From the IMG/VR virus record IMGVR_UViG_3300030385_002649, positions 124,001-188,000 of that record: a stretch of 64,000 nucleotides of DNA; one strand, written 5' to 3'. Shown one piece after another: positions 29,543 to 39,786 of the stretch. The notes beneath the pieces are model-generated. The model searched no databases. It was not told where the DNA came from and was given only the letters and a program-made list of their open reading frames with translations. The translations under genes and the position numbers were made by a program. The first letter of the stretch is position 1. Each line of letters starts with the position of its first letter.

Positions 29543-29583
29543 AACGAGACCCCCAAGGTATTTCTATCTTGAGGGTCTCGCTG
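29543..29583 (-). terminator. Strong hairpin, probable terminator
   Basis: CGAGACCCUCAAG-loop-CUUGGGGGUCUCG followed by uuguauguauau. Confidence 0.65.
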
Positions 29584-29585
29584 TA

Positions 29586-29641
29586 AGACGGGGACTCAGG
29601 GGTCCTTTATTCAACTGAAGGGCTGAGTATAAGTCGCGTCT
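29586..29641 (-). ncRNA. Second structured RNA candidate related to the TROVE-upstream element
   Basis: AGACG/CGUCU outer stem, ACUCAG/CUGAGU and CCUU/AAGG inner stems, UUGAAUA loop; shares AGAC..GCGAC...UGAAU...GUCCC(C)GUCU with 28592-28627. Confidence 0.35.
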
Positions 29642-29655
29642 ATTATAAATTTGCC

Positions 29656-30924
<1,269 letters not shown>

Positions 30925-30949
30925 TACTCGTTCCTCCCGAATTACAACC

Positions 30950-31294
30950 TTAAATACGATTTGATAACAAAATTGCTTTACGAAACAATTTAATTAAAGG
31001 CTCATAAATCTTCAATCTCCTCTTAGCCTCGTTAAGTTTTGGGTCTTGCGCTTTTTTGACGCCTGCCATTCTATCGCTTTCGAATTTAACCAAAATTTGG
31101 CTACCTTCTTCATCCGTTTCTGCAGCTCTGACCAATTTAGCTAATTTAAGATGATTGCCAGTGCCACCAGTATCAAGATGCACAGCCTTTTGCGCATCGA
31201 CGAGCAATTCGCTGATCGTCTTATGCTTCAATTTATTTATCAATTTATTTATCAATTTGCCAATTTGTTTTTGTTTGCCACAACGACCTCGCAA
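30950..31294 (-). CDS. Hypothetical protein (true start probably near 31231)
   Basis: Annotated 5' end spans AAATTGATAAAT direct repeats that look non-coding. Confidence 0.45.
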   Translation of the reverse strand: MRGRCGKQKQIGKLINKLINKLKHKTISELLVDAQKAVHLDTGGTGNHLKLAKLVRAAETDEEGSQILVKFESDRMAGVKKAQDPKLNEAKRRLKIYEPLIKLFRKAILLSNRI

Positions 31295-31318
31295 AGTGTT
31301 GATATTTAAAATACCAAC

Positions 31319-33160
31319 CTAAGAACCGCGTTTAAACGTCAGGATTGGCTCATAAGTCTTATCTCGACCCATAAATGATGCAGTTTTCATCTCCAGCTTC
31401 TCAAATAATTCAAATCCATAATTTTTAGCAACTTCGACACACATATTTTCTTGTCTTCTAGGAAGATTTATGACGACAATTCCCTCAAATTTGTTAAAAA
31501 TATTTTCTAATATTGGTCTAGTTGTAGTCTTAAACGAATCGATGCCAGAATATAATTCACAATCGTCATAAGGGGGAGATGTAAACAGCAAATCCCCTTT
31601 TTCGAAGTCAACTTCCGAAGAGTCGGCCAAAGAAAATTTAGGCTCTATTTCCATCCTAGACCCTATGAATTTTCTTAACTTCTGGTGAGATTTTATAGAG
31701 TTTGGATTTAAATCATATCCGATATATTTGTATGTTGAGTCTAATGTGGCCAGTAGTCTTCCGCCCCAACCCATACACGGATCTACAATTGTTCCACCAT
31801 CGGGAAGATACCGCTCATAAATATATCGTGCTACCCATGGTTTAAAAATTGATACTACAGCAAAATCTTTATAATGCCTTTTAATTATGTCAACAAGTCC
31901 ATAAATATTAAAATTACGTTTCTGAACCCATAGTTTTTCAACAGCTGCCCTCAAAATCGAAAGATTTCCGTCTTCAAAAGTTTCTTTTATTGTGCAGTAT
32001 TTATTATGTGTAGAATCCCAGAAATGCTGGCTAAAGTGTTTTATCAGATCGACTGTGGATTTATTTGGGTGGTTTGCGTTTAGACTTTTACCAGGTTTCA
32101 TTACGTTATTCAAACCAAGAAGCAACTTGTCCTTGTGCCATTTTAATGGCTTAAACCCATAAGCCATTAAAAATTCAAAACAATCATTTGGATTATTAAA
32201 CACCAGTTTCCAGTTAAGACAAAAGTATCTGTCTTCATCGTTTAATGGTTCATATTCATAGTACTTTCCGCGATACCAACATCTTAAATCTATGCCATTC
32301 GCTTTAGCTATTAACCATTGTTTTATAAATCTTTGTCTGTTTATGCCGGGATTTCTAGCATATTCAGGTGGTTTGATCTCAACATAATTGCCATCAATTT
32401 TAAAATCGGGGACATATTCTGATCCACATGCTTCAAAAGTCACAGAGCCGTTTTCAACCGACGACACAGTCGTTGCGTCTAATGACATGACAAAATCATG
32501 TTCAGCCTGACTCTGAAGATTAAAAATCCCCCATTTTGTTTTTGCTTTTCTTCTAGTGGCTGTTTTTCTTCTCTGGTTCCTAAGATATACATCTTTAGAT
32601 TTCAAAGGAATGTCATGTCTTTTTAGATGATGAGAAATAGTTCCGACATTAGCACCAAGCATCCTAGATATTTCGCCCATTGATTTGTTTTTGTTTAAAT
32701 AATTTTCTTCTAGCCAAGATTTATCGTTTAGTTCAGCAATCTCAGACCCGCTAATAGCTCTGCGTTTTTCGTCGGTCCATGCCTTTTTCATTTTTAGGCT
32801 TTGAATTTCGGAAAACAATTCTCTATTTAGCTCAATATTGTGCTTAATACAAGTTCTTTGTACTGAACCGCGCGACCCGTCTACTTCACTAGCTATCTGA
32901 TCTAAAGTGTGGGTGTTTCGCATTTCTCGAATTTTACTTATCGTCCTTGGATTGTCAAGTTTGCTTTTGTTTTTTATTTTACCAGCCTGTTTATGAGTTC
33001 TTTTTAGGCCCAAATAATTGAACAATTTCATCATAGTCCTGCGAGGAACGTCAAATTTTTTAGCTATTTCAGCTTGCGTTAAATTCTGTTCAAAAAGTTT
33101 AACAACTTCTTCTTTTTGTTCTTGAGTAAATCTGTCTTGCGCTGGGATGGGCTTAACCAT
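31319..33160 (-). CDS. Fusion of multiple HTH domains, PD-(D/E)XK (TnsA-like) endonuclease and amino-DNA methyltransferase
   Basis: HTHs (TQAEIAKKF, TLDQIASEV, SMGEISRML); S..E...YVPDFKIDGNYVEIKP; FKPWVA, DPCMGWGGRL, YIGYDLN, FTSPPY; AT-rich. Confidence 0.8.
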   Translation of the reverse strand: MVKPIPAQDRFTQEQKEEVVKLFEQNLTQAEIAKKFDVPRRTMMKLFNYLGLKRTHKQAGKIKNKSKLDNPRTISKIREMRNTHTLDQIASEVDGSRGSVQRTCIKHNIELNRELFSEIQSLKMKKAWTDEKRRAISGSEIAELNDKSWLEENYLNKNKSMGEISRMLGANVGTISHHLKRHDIPLKSKDVYLRNQRRKTATRRKAKTKWGIFNLQSQAEHDFVMSLDATTVSSVENGSVTFEACGSEYVPDFKIDGNYVEIKPPEYARNPGINRQRFIKQWLIAKANGIDLRCWYRGKYYEYEPLNDEDRYFCLNWKLVFNNPNDCFEFLMAYGFKPLKWHKDKLLLGLNNVMKPGKSLNANHPNKSTVDLIKHFSQHFWDSTHNKYCTIKETFEDGNLSILRAAVEKLWVQKRNFNIYGLVDIIKRHYKDFAVVSIFKPWVARYIYERYLPDGGTIVDPCMGWGGRLLATLDSTYKYIGYDLNPNSIKSHQKLRKFIGSRMEIEPKFSLADSSEVDFEKGDLLFTSPPYDDCELYSGIDSFKTTTRPILENIFNKFEGIVVINLPRRQENMCVEVAKNYGFELFEKLEMKTASFMGRDKTYEPILTFKRGS

Positions 33161-33215
33161 GACTCATATCTCCTTAAAAATATTTAGTATATATCGCGTC
33201 ACTTTATATACATTG

Positions 33216-33244
33216 AAAAACCCGGTCCATTAAGACCGGGTTTT
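33216..33244 (-). terminator. Rho-independent terminator after the major capsid gene
   Basis: AAAACCCGGTC-loop-GACCGGGTTTT with a U tract. Confidence 0.9.
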
Positions 33245-33268
33245 CCTTAGTGTTTCAGCTATGACCTG

Positions 33269-34804
33269 TTATAGGTTCGAAACTGTAACGACACCGTAGT
33301 AGAGGCCACCGTCTTCGATCAGCTTTTTACCATAACGAGTCATGATTCCCTTGTTCGGGGTGAACGAGTTAGGATCTAGTACGGTTGGTGTGCTGAGAAG
33401 TGGGATGTATGGAGCGTAGAAGTAACCACTGTCTAGGACACTGTTACCCTTGAAGCCCATGAGGATCTTGCAGTTAGGGAAGAGTGGATCCTTGTAGAGC
33501 TTGAGCTTTCCTTGGATCGTTCCTGCGGTGGTGATTCCGACGTCGATTCCGTCTTGTGCGAGGGCGTCTGAACCACGGAAGTCGTTCAGTTGCTCGAACT
33601 TGGAGGCGATATCAGCACTTGTAACCATCCAGTTAGCTGGGCCACGGAGGGTCAAGCGGTGGATGACGTTTGCAACTTCAAGAGTCTTGTAGAGCAAAGC
33701 GATGTTACGGTCGGTGAAGTTGACGGATGCACCTGCGCCTGTGGCGAAGTTGTGCGTCGCGCGGACTGCGGAAGCGATGATGAGGTCGTTGATGATCTCA
33801 CGGTCGATTTCTGCAACCATTTCGTCAGCCATAAGATCCGTTAGCGTCGACTCGGCGTCGATGTTGTGGACGGACTTGAGGTCCTGAGCAGCTTCAAGGG
33901 ACCAAGAGGTCTTGAGCTTACGAGTGATAGCGGCAACCGAATCACTGTCGATGCTGAGGGTCACTTCTGGCTGGAACGGGTTGTTCTCAAGGTCGAACTC
34001 GTAATCAGCTCTAGCTATAGCGCCCGCTGGGAGCACGCCTGCTGCTAGAGTGATGGTCACAGTACCGGTCGAGTGATCGAACTGTGTAGCACCAGTCGTG
34101 CTGTCGTCAACTGCGACACCCGTTGCATCACCGACTAGGATGAGGTCTGGGTTTCCGTCGCTGTCGAAACCAACTTGGAGAATTGGCGTTGGATCTTCGC
34201 AGGTGTCAACATCTTCACGGAAGACGTTGACTACAACCGTACCAGCGAGAACTGGGCGGTGTGCGAGGGTTCCGCTGACAACCGTTCCGGTTCCGTCAAC
34301 TGTTAGGTCTTCACCCTTGACCTCTTGCGAGGAGTAATAAGGATCAAGTGCCCAACCGTTTTGGCGAGCAAACTGCTGTGCAGTGTTCTGACGCATGATT
34401 TGCGTACCGGCAACTGTTTGGCCCTTAGAAAGAGCGTAACGGTACCTGATGTAGAAAATCAAGCTGGCAGGCTGACTCATTGGCTGAACACCAACGAGGT
34501 TGTCAGCAATTAGCTTCGGATAACTCTTACGAATAAGAGGCAACGCGAATCTGGTGAAGTCAGCGATGTCGCCGGTTGTGGTTGAATCCTCAAGAAGTAC
34601 GCTGCGTCCCTTTGGGTCCCAGTGGTTCAACTGGTTCTCTAGAATTGCGGACATTAGGCCGAATTTTTGAGATGGGATTTCCTTGCATTTCTTAAGAACT
34701 GGCGACCACTTGCGGATCATCTGGTTCTTCTTAGATTCGCGAATCAGTGTTTGTTCGCGAAGCTTGCTAGCTTCAGCTAGCATTTGGTTTTGGGAAAAAT
34801 TCAT
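33269..34804 (-). CDS. gp23: Major capsid protein, T4 gp23-like
   Basis: KWSPVL, ILENQ, LVGVQPMSQP..LIF, RKLKTSWSLEAAQDL..H.IDAE, EIDREII, GYFYAPYIPL, DPNSFTP.KGIMTRYG. Confidence 0.97.
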   Translation of the reverse strand: MNFSQNQMLAEASKLREQTLIRESKKNQMIRKWSPVLKKCKEIPSQKFGLMSAILENQLNHWDPKGRSVLLEDSTTTGDIADFTRFALPLIRKSYPKLIADNLVGVQPMSQPASLIFYIRYRYALSKGQTVAGTQIMRQNTAQQFARQNGWALDPYYSSQEVKGEDLTVDGTGTVVSGTLAHRPVLAGTVVVNVFREDVDTCEDPTPILQVGFDSDGNPDLILVGDATGVAVDDSTTGATQFDHSTGTVTITLAAGVLPAGAIARADYEFDLENNPFQPEVTLSIDSDSVAAITRKLKTSWSLEAAQDLKSVHNIDAESTLTDLMADEMVAEIDREIINDLIIASAVRATHNFATGAGASVNFTDRNIALLYKTLEVANVIHRLTLRGPANWMVTSADIASKFEQLNDFRGSDALAQDGIDVGITTAGTIQGKLKLYKDPLFPNCKILMGFKGNSVLDSGYFYAPYIPLLSTPTVLDPNSFTPNKGIMTRYGKKLIEDGGLYYGVVTVSNL

Positions 34805-34821
34805 TGTTTTTTAAGCCTTTC

Positions 34822-35577
34822 TTAGTCTTCCATAGAGGCGGCAATGTTGGAAATGTGCTTACTTCCAGGTTTGGCATTGCTCTTGCCTCTACGTTGCGAT
34901 TCGTCAAGAACGCGTCTTGTCGAACTAGGTTGGTTTGGAACTCGCCTGTTCTCGTCCAGTCTTGGACGGGATCGACGTGGTTTCTTGCTGGACTCAGCAA
35001 GAACGGTCCTGGTCGAAGGTTTTTTGTTCTTTGGTGCAGAAGGACCACCCTTCTTGGATTCACTAACAACATTAGATTTCTTGACTTTTCCTTCAAGTAA
35101 TCTATTCTTCTTTAGGACGTCCTTAGCGATTTGATTGGCTTTGTTAGCCTTTGTAACCGCTAAGTTACGCTCTTCTCTGAGAGAACCAACAGCTTGCTGC
35201 AACCTCGCAACTTGACGACGAGCGACCTGGAGATCCTGACTTTGTCCGTCTTCAATCTGTACTCCTTCTAAGAGAGCTTTAGTTCTCTTCAGGAGATTGA
35301 CGGACTCAGATTCTTCATTTAGCCTCTGCTTTTCAGCTGCCCTCTCGAAATGATCAGTTTTAGATTCTAGGTAGATGGACAGTTTCCTGGCCATCTTAGC
35401 TTTTTCCTTATTAACTTCTTCAAGGCAAATAGCCCTAGCTTTTCTGACGTGTTTATCTAACTTGACTTTGTACTGTTCCCTAATGGTGTCAGCATACGCA
35501 GCAAATTCTTCTGCGATAGCCTCGATTAGGTCTTCGCTTCCGCCAAGCTCTTTAAGCAATCCTCGTAGCTTATCCAT
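34822..35577 (-). CDS. gp22: Prohead core scaffold protein, gp22-like
   Basis: Coiled coil between protease and capsid genes; multiple L/V-x-E-S cleavage-like sites. Confidence 0.7.
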   Translation of the reverse strand: MDKLRGLLKELGGSEDLIEAIAEEFAAYADTIREQYKVKLDKHVRKARAICLEEVNKEKAKMARKLSIYLESKTDHFERAAEKQRLNEESESVNLLKRTKALLEGVQIEDGQSQDLQVARRQVARLQQAVGSLREERNLAVTKANKANQIAKDVLKKNRLLEGKVKKSNVVSESKKGGPSAPKNKKPSTRTVLAESSKKPRRSRPRLDENRRVPNQPSSTRRVLDESQRRGKSNAKPGSKHISNIAASMED

Positions 35578-35609
35578 TTAAGCAACTCCGGTTAGTATAT
35601 GTTTGTTTG

Positions 35610-35680
35610 GAATCTTAGCAATTGAAAAACTTCTTTGATTGTAAGCCGACGCAGCATACAACCTCAAAGGTGTAAGATTC
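35610..35680 (-). other. Long imperfect stem-loop between protease and scaffold genes
   Basis: GAAUCUUA/UAAGAUUC outer stem enclosing CUUUGA..UUGUA/UACAAUCAAAG. Confidence 0.55.
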
Positions 35681-35710
35681 ATTAGTTTATTTACGACGAT
35701 ATTCATATAT

Positions 35711-36406
35711 CTAGCGCAGCAAATCCTTAAGCAGATCACGAGTTTCAACTACAATGAGCTTCTCTTGGTCTGTTTTAGTTTTGATGATTGACTTCGGACG
35801 TCTTTCAACGCTCTCAGCCACACTTAGCCTTACACCGCTCCTAGAAGACGGACTGTTAAGTACCGACATATAAGAACCATGTACACTAGGCTCAGCAACC
35901 ATATCAAAAGTTACGAAAGAATAACCAGGCAAAACCTGGTAATATTCCTCGTTTTCAAACATGGTTGTTTCCATATCACCGACTCCTCTAGAAGAGATGC
36001 CGATTTGAACGTCATGTTCAATAAGAGCCTTAAGTTGGGCTCCCAATATCGTGTTTTCTAAGATCTCAGCTTCGCCGAAGACAACATCGCCTTCCATCCA
36101 CAACTTAGTGATAAGGTGGGAAACTCGATCTAGGTGAATTTTAGCGTCAGGTGGGTGATCATATTCACCAAGTACGCCACGTGCCCTGATAGCATCCTGA
36201 GCACGGCTTACAGCCTCTCCAAGGACTTCACGGGGATAAATACGGCCATTAGCATTAGGCTTGTCGGCTCTTTGGAACTGACCGCCGATAGTGAGAACGG
36301 AGACTTTCTTGCCTCTGCTCTCACTAAAGATCCGTTCTTTTCGAAGGACCGTAAATGGCATTGTTTCTTGTAAAAATTGTTGTGACATTTGTTTCACCTT
36401 TAGCAA
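35711..36406 (-). CDS. gp21: Prohead core protease, T4 gp21-like
   Basis: FQRAD..NANGRIYP, GEYDHP, RVSH.IT, IGISSRGVG, FDMVAEPS. Confidence 0.95.
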   Translation of the reverse strand: MLKVKQMSQQFLQETMPFTVLRKERIFSESRGKKVSVLTIGGQFQRADKPNANGRIYPREVLGEAVSRAQDAIRARGVLGEYDHPPDAKIHLDRVSHLITKLWMEGDVVFGEAEILENTILGAQLKALIEHDVQIGISSRGVGDMETTMFENEEYYQVLPGYSFVTFDMVAEPSVHGSYMSVLNSPSSRSGVRLSVAESVERRPKSIIKTKTDQEKLIVVETRDLLKDLLR

Positions 36407-36427
36407 CTGCTGAAGAACTTAAATTCC

Positions 36428-39400
36428 TCAGCCCTCGCTAGCAATTTCCTCTTCGGCTGACTCTTCGTCTGATTCGAAGTCACTTGACTCTTCTTCATCA
36501 TCGTCGCCGTCGCCGTCGCCTGCGAAAGGATTATCAGATTCTTCTCCAAGACCTAAACCGGAATCTAATTCGCCTTCGAAGTCTTCTTCGTTCTCAGGCT
36601 CTTCCATTCCCATTTCTAGGTCATCGTCATCGCCCATTTCAAGGCCAGCGTCCATGCTGTCTTCCTCAGGCTCCAACATGCCCTCGTCAGTTTCTAGCTC
36701 TGGTGGAGACATGTCGTCCATGTCTCCGCCGCCGCCGCCATTTAGAACGCTGTCTACCGCTGAGGCAACATCCCCTGAATCACCCTTAAAGACTACGGCT
36801 GTAACGTCTTCGGCAATTGTATCAGCAATTCGCTGCATCGACTCCATTGGATTAACAGAAGACTTCTTTAACCCACTCTTTTTCATCGATGCGCTTTTGT
36901 ATTGATCTTCAGACTTAGCGAATGGGTTTCCGCCGCCGTCATCGTCCCCGCCATCAGGCTTGCAACTGCAGTCATCACACCCTGGGGCGCACTTGCAGGC
37001 AGCATCCTCATCATCGCAGCAAGAACAGGATTTAGATGACTTGTCGTCGCTATCTCCGTCCTTCTTCTTGTCCTTAATGAAATCTGGGAGCTCGCCTTCT
37101 TCGAGAGCTTCCCATTCAGCAATCATAGACGCAATATTTTCAGGTGTCAGAGATTCTGCGACCCCGCCAGACCCTTGAAGATCTGCCATTTCGCCATTTT
37201 TACCGGCTTTCTTGAGGCCGCCATCGGAGCCAACTTTGCCTTGGCCCTTTGTTCCGTCACTGTCACAACCGTCATCCTCAACGCCTTCGCGTCCTTGGAA
37301 TTCGCTCATATCAAGCCCAGCGTCTGAAGGCCCACCGGAAGCTGTGTATTTCTTAGCTCCGCTGGCTCCGTCTCCGCTAGCGCCATCTGCCTTGTGAGGA
37401 GCATATTTCTTTTCAACTCCACCACGGCCTTGGAAGTCGCCTCCCATGCTGGTTCCAGTTGAGGAGAAACCACCCTTAGCTAGGGCTGGATCGCCACCGG
37501 CCTTAGGTTTTACGCTGCTCTCGGAAGGAGTAGCCGATTGACCAACTTTCCCTTTTCTTCCGTCAGAACTGCTTAGTGACTTAGACTGAACGCCTCCAGC
37601 GCCTTGCTGATCGTCCATTCTGAGGTCGCCACCGGCTGAGCCAGATGTGCTGTGCTCACCTTTACGTCCGTCAGCGCTCTTTAGGCTCTTGCTTTGTATT
37701 CCTGAGCCGCGCTGTGGTGCGTGTTGTCCAGCGGCACTTCCACCGGCACTACGACCATCAGACTTGCGAGCGCTCTTGTCCGAGATTCCGCCGCTTCCAC
37801 GAATGTCATCCATTCTTAGAGCGTCTGGCGAAGCGTGCATGTCTCCACCTGGCACGTGTGCCTGGGAGTATGGTTGTTCTGATTCTAGGTAAGTGTGACG
37901 ATAGCCAGGATTGATTCTACCGCTTTGAGGTTTCTTACCTTCTAGGAAAGCTGGATCGCTGCTTGGGTCACGACGGTTTCTGCTAGTAAGGTTCGAGTCT
38001 GGACCATTAAAGGCAGCACTAACGCTGTTGGAGTAAGGGTCGCTGTCGCCTTGCACGTCTTCTAGAATGTCGCCACCTGTCACCATTCGGTCGCGCATTC
38101 CTTCGAATGATTCACGAACAATGTTAGTGCTTGGTCCTAGCTCGATACAGCGCTTGATGTAACCTTCCATTTGGGCGTAACAGTCATCATAACCGTCTTC
38201 GCTCAAGTAGGCATCACCGTTTAACCTCCAAGACTCTAGTTCTTCTAGAAGATCGGAGGTACTCATCTCGTCAATTCTGACGCCGCCTGGTGTTGGGGCG
38301 CTTTCAGGCATTCCCATTCCACCCATTTCTGGGCCACCGGCTCCTGCCATCGCCATGTCGTCGCCCATTCCTAGGTCGTCGCCTTGGCCAACTTCAGGAA
38401 GAGACATTAACTCAGAGCCAGCGCCATCGCCGCTCTGGTCGTCATAAGTCTCAACTCCTGGTTCCATATCGAAGTTCGATAGGTTGTCAATGTTGTTAGT
38501 CAGGTTGTCGTTGATTGTGTGGAAGATCTCTTCCGCTTGGATTAGCGAGTAAGAGTCTGGTTCCGTGCGGGACAGCTTGTCGATGATATCGCCGAGCTTG
38601 TCCTTAGCAATGACGGAGTCGTCACTGTCTTCTTGATCTGGGAGCCTATCTTGGATATATTCTAGAGCCAACTTGTACATCGAGGCAACGGTGTTGTTGC
38701 GATCTTCACTGAAAACGTGGCCTAGGAACTTGTGATAATCTTGCTCGAAATCGTCAGATTCTGCGAGCAGGTTAGCCTTAGACATGAGGTCGGCGCTTTG
38801 GGAACGCTGTGCTGTCTTAGTCCAGGATTCAATGATGTCTTGTCTGTTATACTTGGCGTTTACCTTATACATCAACTTGGAGACGTCGCTGGTCAACATG
38901 CTGTTGAACTCACCTCTAGTTGCTAGAGTGTTTTCAACAAGTTGCCTCATATAATTCTTGTCTAGAAGGGAGAATTCTTGTTCTTCCTTGAAGAACTTAG
39001 CTGTTAGTTTGCAGGCGTCAGCGATTCTTCCTTCACAAACGAGGGAGGCCGTTTCTACAACCAGGCTTTGGAAAGGAGTGCTAGCGTAAGCTTCGCTCGC
39101 AATGTCGCGCATCTTGCGAGCGATCAGTTTTCTTTTTGTGCTTTCGTTTACTGGCAGTTTGAAGTCAGGGTCCTCCTTGAACAGCGTGCCTTCAACGATT
39201 CGGCCATTTTGAACAACAATGTTGTCGCTGACAGCTTCGCAAAACAAGTTTGAGATAGTTGCGACAACGTCTTCATCCATCTTTCTAGATGCAATATTAA
39301 CTTGTCTTGAGACACCGTCTTTTGCGGTGATCCATCCGCTGCTTGGGACGACACTTGAACGATAACGTTGGCCTTCGATTCGGCTAAACGTCTTGTCCGC

Positions 39401-39748
39401 ACCCTTGTAGTCACCTAAACAGATGTTCTCAACTAGATCCAAAAGGTTCTTTTTGAATTGTGTAGCTTTTTCCTCTTCAATAACCTGAATGGGACTAACG
39501 TTCTCAATTTTAACTCTTCCTTTACCAACCTGCTTGACATCAGCACGGTAATAAATCCCAGAGTCCACATCCTCATACATGAGGTGGTTTGTTTGTAGAG
39601 ATGTAAGTCTTAGATTCTGGCCAGCTTCTTTGCCAAGGCGAGAAACAGCCTCTTCAAAGTACCTGAGAGTAGCAGCCGCACCATTGTTGATCTCGCGCAC
39701 GAACTTACGTGCGTCCATAACGATTGGGGCCTTGTTATTTTGAGCCAT
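36428..39748 (-). CDS. Large acidic prohead/internal head protein (1106 aa)
   Basis: Between portal and protease; helical N-half, disordered G/S/D/E-rich C-half, many xxE-S sites; CAAAAATA upstream. Confidence 0.6.
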   Translation of the reverse strand: MAQNNKAPIVMDARKFVREINNGAAATLRYFEEAVSRLGKEAGQNLRLTSLQTNHLMYEDVDSGIYYRADVKQVGKGRVKIENVSPIQVIEEEKATQFKKNLLDLVENICLGDYKGADKTFSRIEGQRYRSSVVPSSGWITAKDGVSRQVNIASRKMDEDVVATISNLFCEAVSDNIVVQNGRIVEGTLFKEDPDFKLPVNESTKRKLIARKMRDIASEAYASTPFQSLVVETASLVCEGRIADACKLTAKFFKEEQEFSLLDKNYMRQLVENTLATRGEFNSMLTSDVSKLMYKVNAKYNRQDIIESWTKTAQRSQSADLMSKANLLAESDDFEQDYHKFLGHVFSEDRNNTVASMYKLALEYIQDRLPDQEDSDDSVIAKDKLGDIIDKLSRTEPDSYSLIQAEEIFHTINDNLTNNIDNLSNFDMEPGVETYDDQSGDGAGSELMSLPEVGQGDDLGMGDDMAMAGAGGPEMGGMGMPESAPTPGGVRIDEMSTSDLLEELESWRLNGDAYLSEDGYDDCYAQMEGYIKRCIELGPSTNIVRESFEGMRDRMVTGGDILEDVQGDSDPYSNSVSAAFNGPDSNLTSRNRRDPSSDPAFLEGKKPQSGRINPGYRHTYLESEQPYSQAHVPGGDMHASPDALRMDDIRGSGGISDKSARKSDGRSAGGSAAGQHAPQRGSGIQSKSLKSADGRKGEHSTSGSAGGDLRMDDQQGAGGVQSKSLSSSDGRKGKVGQSATPSESSVKPKAGGDPALAKGGFSSTGTSMGGDFQGRGGVEKKYAPHKADGASGDGASGAKKYTASGGPSDAGLDMSEFQGREGVEDDGCDSDGTKGQGKVGSDGGLKKAGKNGEMADLQGSGGVAESLTPENIASMIAEWEALEEGELPDFIKDKKKDGDSDDKSSKSCSCCDDEDAACKCAPGCDDCSCKPDGGDDDGGGNPFAKSEDQYKSASMKKSGLKKSSVNPMESMQRIADTIAEDVTAVVFKGDSGDVASAVDSVLNGGGGGDMDDMSPPELETDEGMLEPEEDSMDAGLEMGDDDDLEMGMEEPENEEDFEGELDSGLGLGEESDNPFAGDGDGDDDEEESSDFESDEESAEEEIASEG

Positions 39749-39770
39749 GCTCGTACCTCGTAATCATAAG

Positions 39771-39778
39771 TATTTTTG
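39771..39778 (-). promoter_or_regulatory. Candidate late promoter CAAANATA (representative copy)
   Basis: Also at 9156(+), 15043(+), 20608(+), 22872(+), 28665(+) and 35598(-), each ~18-30 nt before a start codon. Confidence 0.6.
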
Positions 39779-39786
39779 AAATGAAG

